Assembly: GCF_009914755.1 (NCBI RefSeq)
Contig: NC_060935.1
DNA: 64,000 nt
From: the human T2T-CHM13v2.0 reference genome, Homo sapiens
Reading direction: 5' to 3' (one strand)
In this document: positions 52,480-64,000 of the stretch, in pieces
Numbering within the stretch: the stretch's first letter is position 1
How the letters are laid out: each line of letters begins with the position of its first letter
Translations under genes and position numbers: made by a program
The notes under the pieces: generated by a model
What the model was told of the DNA's origin: nothing
Database searches by the model: none
The model's input: only the letters and a program-made list of their open reading frames with translations

Positions 52480-52915
52480 AATTTCCTTCCTATCCAGAAA
52501 GACGGATGCCCCCTTCACTCCGGAACCCCACTGGCCAACTCTATGGGAAAAGGGATGTCATTAGGAGGTATAGGACCTGAAATGGGACAGTTGGAGGCTC
52601 TTCTCCACAAATTTGGAAATGGCACTAAGAGAGCAATTAAGCTTCACAGGTGTCTGGGACTGTAATAGGCAAACTCGAGGATTCTGGGCAGCCACATTGT
52701 GTGGTATGGACTGGGAAGCATGGAAAAGAAGTCTTAGGGAGACAAGCAGAGAGACACAGAGAGGGAAGACAGAGTGTGCTGGCAGCACCTACCTCCCTTC
52801 CTGGGGCCCAGTGCATTTTTTTCTTTTGCTTTCTAAAGCGATCCTGCAGCCATGTGGTACATTTCCCTTGTTTTCCCTAAGCTAGCCTGAGGTTGTTTCT
52901 GTTACTTGCAACCAA
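52480..52915 (+). mobile_element. Old MLT1 LTR relic
   Basis: 3' end CCTAAGCTAGCCTGAGGTTGTTTCTGTTACTTGCAACCA. Confidence 0.55.
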
Positions 52916-52995
52916 TTTGTTCCCAATTGGAAATGATGATGATGATGATGATTGATTATGATGATGATGAAGAAGATGACACCACTGCAATAATG

Positions 52996-53033
52996 ATTAT
53001 ATGCCGATAAAGATATCTTTATCGGCATATAAT
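52996..53033. repeat. Perfect 38-bp palindrome (19-bp arms, no spacer)
   Basis: ATTATATGCCGATAAAGAT|ATCTTTATCGGCATATAAT. Confidence 0.98.
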
Positions 53034-53214
53034 TACACTGCATATCTGTGTGTCAGGTATATTTATTCTTCAGTGTTTGCTCCCATCTAGCTGTGGGGTG
53101 TGTGTGTGTGTGCATGTGTGCGTGTGTGTGCATGTGCAAGATATCTTTGACCTCTGTACCCCTAAAAGGTACAGATGTGGATGTGGCTTTGTGTCCCTCT
53201 TAAAAAGATAATGA

Positions 53215-53587
<373 letters not shown>

Positions 53588-54477
53588 TCAAGTCTGCTTT
53601 GGAACTTACCTGCCTTACTAAACATTGCAGGGCTCTTTGAAGCGCTATCATTTACCTTGGGAAAATAAACTTTCTGAGCTTCAGAAATGTTTAATAATAC
53701 TATCATTGTGAACAGTTGTATGAAAAACCCCAGACGCACAGTTGAGTACTATATGGGTGGTAGCTGTGATTACTAAGCTTCTCCCACTTTGTGATCAACA
53801 CATATGGAACCTCCTAGTACCCATTTCCAGGGTTCCTTTCATACTCTTCCCAAATGTAAAGGGAAGAGAACTTTTAAGCAGAAGGGTAAGGGGAATTTTC
53901 TCTCCCTACGACTGGTGTAATGCAACCCTGCGGTGAGAGTGTTGATAGAGAAGCCACAGCCTTCAGAAGCCCTGATTTGGCTCAGTGGAAACCATCCTTG
54001 GCCAGCACTCTCCTTCCTCTATCTTTGGGCAGCCACATTACTGGTAGTCAACATTTTACTAGGTACTCTGGGAGGATATAAAAACAAGCCAAAAATAGAA
54101 TGCATGGTCCCTCCTACTCTCAAGAAGCTTATAATGAGTGATATATTTATAAAGCAACATAAGCACCAGTTAATGTGGCACAAATGAAGTGTCTGCCCAC
54201 TACAGAGGTACTGAGGAGTTAAGCAGATTAGCCATGTTCTGTACCCAGGTTTGAATGGATAAAAGAGCTCAGAGTGATGAGAAAGAATTGGGAGGGAAGA
54301 AACAAGAGTTCAGCACAAGTAACATTCTTCACATGCCAATCAGTTATTCAAGAGAGGATATACTTAGGCAAGGAGAAGCTCAGGACAGAGAGAGAGTGAG
54401 TGTGTGGGGCTGGACATAAAGGTTCTCAAGTTATCTAAGGGTGGTTGGAGTTGTGTGAACAAATGAATGCCCTAACA

Positions 54478-54663
54478 CTGAAGGTTTCAGCCTTGGTTGC
54501 ATATTGGCACCACCTGGAGGGCTTTAAAAATACATGAATGCTTGGTCATATCCATAGAGAATCTGATTTCATTCATCTGGGGTCCTGCCTGGGAATGAGC
54601 ATTTACCAAAGCTCCCCAGATGATTCTAATGAGCAGCCATGCCTGAGAACCTGAGAACCACTG
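54478..54663. mobile_element. MER5B
   Basis: CACCTGGAGGGCTTTAAAAA..AAGCTCCCCAGATGATTCTAATGAGCAGCC..GAGAACCACTG. Confidence 0.85.
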
Positions 54664-56065
54664 CCCTCCCCAATGAAAGTGAGTGGGATAGGGGCAGGCA
54701 GCTTCGTGCTTTTTCTCTGTCGATGTGAATGAGCTGTGTGTGGGAATTTGGGAGGTTTGGAGCCAAAGATGAAGGAGATATTCCCATAGTGACCCATCCT
54801 CACTCTTCCCTGGAGTCTAAGTTCACTCCTACGAAGGACCTGAGCTGAGGCATTCCTCCAGCACCTTCTTTGTTGCCACACTGCTTGGACCCCCCAGGCT
54901 GACACCCATGCAGTCAGTGCCCAGAGGAAACCTTTCAGTGCCTGTCGCCTGATAGACCATTCACTGTGAGAAAAGGGAGATCAGCCCAGCTGAGTGGGCA
55001 GCCCTAGCCTCTGCTGGCTATCGGGACAAAGAGACTGTTGGTAACTGTGGATTTCCAAAGTTCTGGCTACAATTTGAGCTCATTAATGCTGCTCCCCGGG
55101 ACCAATATCTTGGCACATGGCAGAGGTGGGGAGGGCAATACAAGGAGAAGCAGGAAAAAGCACTGTTTCCTTGCTTCAAGTAGAAAGGAGTTCTGGAAAC
55201 CTCTCAGACTCTAATTTATTCCAAACTTTAATGAGCAACCCCAGTGAGCTGCAATCCTGGTATTTGGAGTCTACATCTCAACTCTGGTTAATCTATAACC
55301 GGTACCCGCTATGTGAGGCATCCTGTGCTACATGTGAACTAATACAGGACAAGTATAGAGAGCCCTCTGCACTTGTAGAAGGCACAATTTGAAGGGCCAA
55401 TGGGTTCTTTTCTCTCAGTAACCACCCCCACATGCACACAGCACTCAACAACAAAGCCCCTGTGGGCATTTTGTGCAACGTGGCCATGCCTTGCCCCCTT
55501 GGGCAGAGTTGACTGGATGAAGGATGAAGCCCTGAACCAAACTGGGCCAATCAGAGGATTTCCCTAGGAAATAGTGAGGAGAGCTTTATTCTCTCCATGC
55601 GACAGGTAACTCGGGAGCTACGGGGGCTGTGTTTCCTGCTGGGGGATGAAGCAGAGGAACTTGATTCTCACGAATCATCAAATTTCCCATCTGGCGTCAG
55701 TACCCACCGAGGCCCAGACGCCTCCCTGCCCTTGGATTCTATTAACACAAGACATTTGTATAACCTTCTGTATAATAATAAATTATCCTTTGAAGATTTT
55801 AGCTGTCTTGAGTTTTTTTCTGTTATTTGGAACTAGTAATAAGAAAAACTTATATTTGTATAGTGTTTCCTTATGTACCGGACACTGTTCTAAGTATTCT
55901 CACCATATTGACTAATTTTCACAACACCCATATGCATTAGGTGCTCTTATAATCTCCAATTTATGGATAAGGAAACTGAGGCACAGGGAGATGAAGTGAG
56001 TTGCCTAAGATTGCACAGACTACATAGTATAAAATAATACAGGCTCCATGGATTCATATTCAGGT

Positions 56066-56470
56066 TGTGTTGGTCTATTTGCATTGCCATAAAGGAATAT
56101 CTGAGAATGGATAATTTACAAAGAAAAAAAGGTTTATTTGGCTCATGGTTCTGCAGGTTGTACAAGGAACATGGCGTCAGCATCTGCTTCTGGTGAAGGC
56201 TCGGGAAACTTCCACTCATGGCGGAAGATGAAGGGGGAGCACGCGTGTCACATGGCAAGAGAGGGAGCAAGAGAGAGAGGGAAAGCTGCTACCCTCTTTT
56301 TAACAACCAGCTCTCACAGGAACTCAGTCATTATCATGGTGAGGGCATGAAGCCGTTCATGAGGGGTCTGCCCCCATGACTCAAACACCTCCCACAGGGC
56401 CTCACCTCCAACACTGGGGGTCACATTTCACCACGAGATTTAGAGGGGGCGAAACAGCCAAACCACACCA
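56066..56470 (-). mobile_element. MSTB solo LTR, next to a minus-strand MIR (~55850-56065)
   Basis: TGTGTTGGTCTATTTGCATTGCCATAAAGGAATA..CCAAACCACACCA; TSD CAGGT/CAGAT. Confidence 0.88.
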
Positions 56471-58349
56471 CAGATTCTATTTACCACCTGGTTATGCAGA
56501 CTCCGTCAAGAGCCAGGGCACTCAATGCACAGTTAGTATTCACACAAGACATGGGACAGTGTGCCCAAACAGCCACAGTTTAGAAGGGGGCATGAGCAGA
56601 CTGAGTGGGCCAGGGAAGCTTTCTGCAGGAGGTGGGGCAGACCAGAATGCAAAGCCTTTCCAGGAGGAGAGGACACCCAGCCAAGCACGTAGGAGTGGAA
56701 GTGACCTGGCATGGGCCAGAGTGGTGAAGAGCCTGGCCTGATTGGAACAGAGGCTGTGAGGGGGTCAGGTCCCATGCAGCCCTGGAGGTTTTGAGCTGGA
56801 GAGACACTTGATGGCTGTGGCATTTGGGAACATCCTTCTATGCTGGGAGAGGATGGAGGAAGGGAGCCCAGTGAGAAGATCTGGCAGCCTCCCAGGTAAG
56901 ACCAGGAGGGTCAGGTGTGGGGGCAGCAGGAAATGGAGAAGCCTCTGACCCCTGTTTCGGTTCCATTTCCAGACATGCTCTGGTTTGCCTCAGAGGCTCA
57001 AAGACTGTATTTTTGTTTCTTCTCTCTTTCTACTTAAAGAACCTGCAGTTCAAAGTAGGGGAAAATCTAGTCTGTCTGTCAGTTGTCAGTAGGTCATGTA
57101 ATGGGGCTCATGGTGAGCACAGAACTGGACTGCATTCCCTAGAGAGTTACAAAAGCAAGAGAGGAGAGGCCTCTGTCCCCGGCAAACAAGGCTGCCGGTG
57201 GATTCTGAAATGCACCCTGGATTGCATGGCTGCATCCCCAGCCTGCTTTCAGAAAAATAAATACTCATCTCTGAGAAATACAGACAGGGACAAAAACCTC
57301 ATGATACTTCAAAACCTTTTTCTGTGGTGTTTGCATAATGTGAACCGTCACGTGCTCAGGAGCCAGAAGATGGGGGGAGGAGGGAAACATCCATGGCTGA
57401 GCCTCAAGCATGAAAGTAAAAAATGGATTTCAATAAAACATGATATAAAAACAAGAAATAACTGTAAATGGAATTGAAAGCAAATGACATAAAACTCCAG
57501 CACAAGGCTGCTCATTGCAATTCTGGAAACTTTACTTCTAGCAGCTGCACAGCCATCAGTATTCAGGGCTTTTTTTCTTTCCACTCCTGTGAATTTGTCA
57601 CTCGTGGGGATGCGTGGCAGCTCTCTGGTTTCACATAGCTCCTGCTTCCTTTCCAAACCTCAGGCCACTGAGGCTGGGTGAGTGTCCAGTCCTACCCAGA
57701 AGACAGGCATGATCTGGGTAAGATCAGAGGGGAGGTCAGGGCCAAAGTTGAGGAAGGGACCCACTTGCTCTCTAGTCTTTAACTTCCTGTCCCATCAATA
57801 CAGAGTCACAGCAGCCCCGTGTGACTCCTCTCCAAGAGGCCTCTTTCCCTATCAGCAAAACAGAAACCATGGTCCCAGCCCAGAGAAGGTTCCTGAGGAA
57901 AGGGCAGGAGAGAGAGTGTCCCCGGAGACATTAGCTCCATGATCATCCAGTTGTGAGGGAGTCAGAGCAGGATGAGGACAGGTCAAGGGCATGTACTTAA
58001 GTGGCAGAAAGCTCATAGCATCACTGCAAATGCAGCATGGATCCCCTCTAACCAGGATGAGTTTTGCAGGGGAATATAAAAGCTAGAAGCCTTGGGACCT
58101 GACCATAAGTTTTCCTAATACAATCCTCAAGTCCTGGTTGAACATCTTCACTTTCTGGAACATTCTGCGCTTCCCTCTCCAGGAAGTCAGCTAAGCCATG
58201 CCAGGCCCACACCAACTGCCTTCTTTTTGACTATCAGGGTTGAAGGAGGTTGGGAGTTGATGACCTGTAAAGTCTCCTCCCACTCCCAGAGTCAATGGCA
58301 TTGCAACTTGGAATTGTTAATATGAAACGTTGCCTTCTGAAGTGACTAA

Positions 58350-59060
58350 CAATCGAGATTTCTATTTGTTGGGGTCTGATATGTGTTATCGTCTTTAACT
58401 CCCATCTTAAACTTAAGAGGTAGGCATTATCAGCCGCATTTTACATCTGAAGAAACTAAGGCTCAGGGAAGTTAGGGGAAATTATGTAGTGAAGAGGTAT
58501 AGTAGTTATAAGCATAGATTAAGTTGGGAACCTGACTTTAAATCCCATCTCTTCTTCTTCAAGCAGCAAAATCGTGAGCAAGTGACTTACCCCCGTGTGA
58601 AGAATAATGAGGTGGTGTCTCTGGTAAAGCACCTGGCACATGATAAACACTTAATAAGTGGTAGCTGGTGGTGGTGGTTGTTATTCTTACAGTAAGTGAC
58701 TTGCCAAGGTTTAACAACCACCATAAGGCTGAAGTGGGATTTAAGCCCACCCTCTCCATCTCCAAAAGCTGTGTCCTTTCCATTAATTTACACCCTCTCC
58801 CAAGTGAGTGGTGCAATAAATGAATCATTTTCTGATCATCAACATTATGCTAAGTATTGGCTTGGGCACTTTTACACAAATGATGCCATTCAGCCTTCTC
58901 AACAACTATGAGGTAGGTGCCATTATTCTCCCTATTTACAGTTGTGGAGATTGAGGTAAAGCCTCCATACTACCCAGCTTCAGCTAGTAAGTAGCAGAGC
59001 CAGAATCTGGTCCATGAATTCTCTTAATTCTAAGGTCAAACTATTAACTTTTGTACATAT
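58350..59060. mobile_element. Cluster of MIR fragments in both orientations
   Basis: CATTTTACATCTGAAGAAACTAAGGCTCAG; GTAAAGCACCTGGCACAT; CAACTATGAGGTAGGTGCCATTATT. Confidence 0.7.
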
Positions 59061-60465
59061 TGCCTTCCAAGCACAATATTTTTTGCCTCCGCACTCAACA
59101 CTCTATTAAATTCTGGGTATACTCAGAAGTGAAGTCATCAAGGCTTTCATAATGCATGGTCTATTCTTGAGTGGAGTGGAAGCTGGTCTGAGGATAGAGA
59201 CTCTGGTAGCTTTGTCAGATTCCCACAGCTCTACAGGAACATCAGCATCTCAGAAGCTGGCCTCCTCCTCCAGTTCCCCAGCTCACTTAGCCTCTCCAGA
59301 CAGGGAGGAAGGAGAAGCCTTTGCCCTTCAGAGTCCGGGCCCAAGGAAAGTTACCCCATCCCCTGGATGTGCAGGATCAGTGAGTGGCTGATTTCCCCAG
59401 TCTTCAAACCTCAATCCATGCTCATCTCAGCAGGAAGACAGCAGATCATGAGTCTTAATATGATAAATTGCCCAGCTAGGAGTATAGAGGCAAGTGCTGG
59501 GCTAGTGCAGGGAAGAGGGGAGAAAATGAAGACCCACCAGGCAGGGAAACGCCTTGCCAGAATCCTGTGATTCCCCAAATAAAAAGCATTGGGCATCTCT
59601 ATATGTGGTTCAATAATACAATGCAGATGGAAGTGCTCAGTTCCTCCTCCAGGCAAGGGTACTCCAGACAGGGGAATGGCTTCTTCCTGGAGGGAGGACA
59701 GAGTCACCTGTCATCAGCAATGTTTTGCTAAGAATCAAACCTGCCCAATCTGCTGACTCACTGAAGATGGTGACCAGCAGGTGCCTGGCCCAGGAGACAC
59801 ATCTCCAAGGTGGCGCTGTACCCAGGAGGCCAAGAAGATTCTCTAGGATGGCCAAGGTGCAGTTCCTGCCATGATTGCCAAAGAGCCGGGTTTAGCACCC
59901 CAGACAGGCTTGGAAATGAGAAATGCAGCCCTGTGTCAAAAGAAGCGCTTTTGAAGTCTCTGCTTTCATCTCTCAGTGCTCCCCCAACCAGAACTGACAG
60001 GGAGGGATAAAATGCAATTTATTCACCAGCCCAGGAGGCTCATTTCCAAACACAATAGCTGTGCCAGGCAGCGGGTTTTCCCTAGAAGAGACGAAATGGG
60101 GGAAAAAAGACCAAGAAAAAAAGAAAAGCATCTGAGGAGAAGCAGGCCATTAGAGGAGAGCCTTGCAGGGTGACCGCTAGGCAGGTCTAGAAAGCATGGG
60201 CCACAAAGGAAGCCAAAGGCTCTGTGTGGTGCCCGGGACACCTCTGCCCCGGGCCTAGCTGGGAAAAGAAAATGGCAGCCTCAAGGGAATGGCTTTGTTG
60301 TGATGTGAGCAGTAAGACTATGGGTTAGAAATAAGGTCACATGGGCTGGGGCTTTAAGGAATCAGGCCTTACGCAAATTTGGGGCTCCCTCAGCAACTCC
60401 TCCAGCCTCACGACAGTCCCTCCCCTTACTGCAATTGTGGTAGTAGGTGAGTCTGGGGTACAGGG

Positions 60466-61185
<720 letters not shown>

Positions 61186-62828
61186 TTAGGCAATCCCCCT
61201 GAGGCTGGGAGCTTCTTTTGGCTCTCAAGTCTGCAGGACCATCACTTCCCCTCTCTGAGCTTCCCTCTGCTCCTCCACACAAAGGAGAAAGTAATACCTA
61301 CTTCATTCCATTGGTTTAGGACTAAAGAAAATAACACATGTGAGAAACTCCATAGTGATGCCCAACATTCAAAAGGTATTCAAGACATTTCTTAGCTGTT
61401 TTCCTTGAGCACCCCACCCCACCTTGCTCTCTGGGCAAACTTTGAATTGATGCTCCTGGTCTCCATTCTGGATTCAATATGCAGCCTTCCCGGCCTCTCC
61501 CAGACACTTAGGCAGGACTTCATCCATGTTTCCACCATGTCTGTTAGAGCATCTACCACACTGGACAGGTGCATACTTACTGAAACCATCTTTTGGCCAA
61601 ACACCAAATGTTAAAATCAATATTGGACCAGAGCCAAATATCACTATCATAAAAGGAACTTCTGGAATTTAGAAATAAATCAGAAATGCTACCAACAATA
61701 ATTATTATTACAATTGTATAGCTAAAAATTTTAGCTGTACATTTCAGCAGTTTGGCACTGTAGTTCAGGAGCAATCAACCATACAATCCTGCCCCTGTCC
61801 CTGAACTTCTGATGGACACTTATTTTCAACAGAGGTTTGAGGAAGAGCAAGCTATTCAAGTTGTACCTCATTTATTTCCAATACATTTGTTTATTTCATA
61901 CTCATATTTTTTAAAGTGTCGACAGAAGAAGGTTTCTTGTGGATATTGTTGGACATGACTTAATAGGGTTTTTTCCATATGAAATCCTGAGATTAACACA
62001 TTACTTTTAGTTCAAACTCCAAAATGTGAAGAACTTACAAATAGGAAGGACTCATAATCTAAATAAAATTTAAAAATGAAACACTAAATACAAATTTTAA
62101 AGGTCATTTTGTTGAATGTGATGAATGCTAAAACCCCAGACAATTTTACAAAAGATAAGAATTGTGATATAATCTAATATCTATATTCGGCTTGTATTAT
62201 TATTTAAATTTTTACAAACATTTCTTTGCTAAGAAAAGGATATCGGGTTCTTCCTAAAGTTATCAAGTCAACACACTTTCTATTTCTTTTTTCTTGTTAA
62301 CTTTTTGAAAGTTCTGAATAATGTTTTGCACATAAAATTAACAGCTTTCGAAATAGGCATGAAGTATTGCACCATTTTAATCTCGTGATAATAAATATAT
62401 ATTTATTCCTCAACTGATTGATAAAATGTCAACATATAAAGCTTATGGGAGACTTTTCCCCTTCAACTTTCCTATATTTGATAGCCTCCATACCCATATT
62501 TCAAAGGGAATGTTTAAATAAGAACAACCCTGAATGGAATAACTTGTTTGGATCACTGATATTGCTATACTGACTTTGCATGTTAGTAACTTAGGTGATC
62601 ACTGTAGTTATGCAAAAATCTAAGGATGTCAGAAGTGAGGCTGAAGTGAGCATTGAATTCCCATCCTTCCAAAGGCCTATGTCTAAGGCAGACCCACAAA
62701 CCAGATTTTGGCCAGAGCTTGACTTCAGCGCAGGGTGCTACCCAAAGGAGCATGCAAGAGTCCTCGTGGCATTGTCTCTGTGGAGATGGCTTCCAGGGCA
62801 CGGGGCTCTTCCAATTGTCTTCACATCC

Positions 62829-62984
62829 TTTATTTATTTATTTATTATTTTTATTTTTTTGAGACAGGGTCTCACTCTGTCACCCAGACTGGAGTGCAGT
62901 GGCGCGATCTCGACTCACCACAACCTCCACCTCCTGGGCTCCAGCGATTCTCCTGCCTCAGCCTCTGAGTAGCTGGGATTACAG
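62829..62984 (-). mobile_element. Alu right arm (5'-truncated)
   Basis: (TTTA)n tail, GAGACAGGGTCTCACTCTG..GTAGCTGGGATTACAG. Confidence 0.92.
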
Positions 62985-63524
62985 ACTGAAGTCATGACCT
63001 ACCTGCCTTGGGCCAGAGTTCCTTCCAGGTTCTTTCACCCATTTTCCAGCCACGCCTCTGAGGCTGCATTGTCATTTATGATGACCTTCATAAAGTTAAG
63101 GCCTTCTATACTTCCTAATTACCTGCTTATCTCTACTCTCTGTTTTCACCTATTTTTCGAAGTTACCTCGAGTGGGTAGAGCTCACATTTTCACATCTCA
63201 CTATGATGCTGTTGTTTCTATGCAGCCGGACCACCACCGTCATGGTACCCGTTTGATCAGCCATTAAGTATCACAATTATTTTCAGAGACACAAAGTAAA
63301 GGGCTGGAAGAATTTCAGCACAGAGTACACAGCACACATTGCAGATCATTAGCTGAGGGTGTTTTCAGTATACCTATTGGCCAAGGCACAAAGAAAGGTC
63401 TTTTGAGAAGTTTCCATTGGCTGAGAGCCTATGAGAACTTTCAGAATATAAAAAAAATTGATTTCTAAGAGAGTGAGCATTAAACAAACAAGGTATGTGT
63501 AGTAATTATCTGTTTGCATGAGTC

Positions 63525-63660
63525 TTTGTCTCCTCCACCAGACTGGAAAATCTTTGAGTTAAAGGGCCAAGTCTTTCTATCTTCCTAGGCCCTGCTCTTA
63601 AAGCAGAACCTGCTATGTCACAGGAGCTTAATAGACATGAGCTGAATGATTGAATAAACA
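63525..63660 (+). mobile_element. L2 3' end
   Basis: TGTCTCCTCCACCAGACTG..GAGCTTAATAGA..TGAATGATTGAATAAA. Confidence 0.6.
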
Positions 63661-64000
63661 AGTGAGGAAATTGTCTAAGAGAATCACAATTCTCCATCCC
63701 TAGATCATCTCTGCGGATAGAAAGGCTAGTCCAGAACGGCCTCCAGGCACCTGCTCCAGTTCTGCCCTGGCATGCAGCTGCCTCTGCAGCTGCCAGGTCA
63801 GTGATGCAGGAGTTCTGCACGCCGTGGGGACCCAGGGTGGAAGGAAGGTGTGCAGCTGGACACCAGTGGGGGCAGCAGGGTGGGGGAAGAACAAGATGCT
63901 GACTTCCCTCCCACACCTCAGAGAGGAGGCAGTGCAGCCACAGCCTGTCCCCAGGCTGTTCCTGACTGAAACAGCCCAGCCTCAGTCTAGGGTCCCACTC

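Noticed and set aside
56917-57477. 186-aa ORF
   Set aside because: GTG start, no recognisable homology or exon structure; length compatible with chance

Overview
Primate, almost certainly human, non-coding genomic DNA: intergenic or deep inside a large intron. The window carries Alu (J/S/Y), THE1/MST/MLT1 and other LTRs, old L1M, L2, MIR and MER/Tigger/Charlie DNA transposons, and CpG is depleted throughout. I find no credible protein-coding gene, RNA gene, CpG-island promoter or CRISPR array. All listed ORFs are chance, microsatellite-derived or repeat-derived; one is an L1 ORF1 relic. I cannot support a new multi-component biological system here. The most notable local structures are: a perfect 38-bp palindrome (52996-53033); a short, young AluYa5-like insertion with perfect TSDs (20561-20660); an Alu tail converted to (GAA)24; a nested transposon stack (24149-25653); a collapsed MER5B hairpin; an unexplained ~630-bp insert within an L1; and several repeat-free motif clusters that may be enhancers. 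Repeat subfamily names come from recalled consensus sequences, not a database search, and boundaries of old repeats are approximate.
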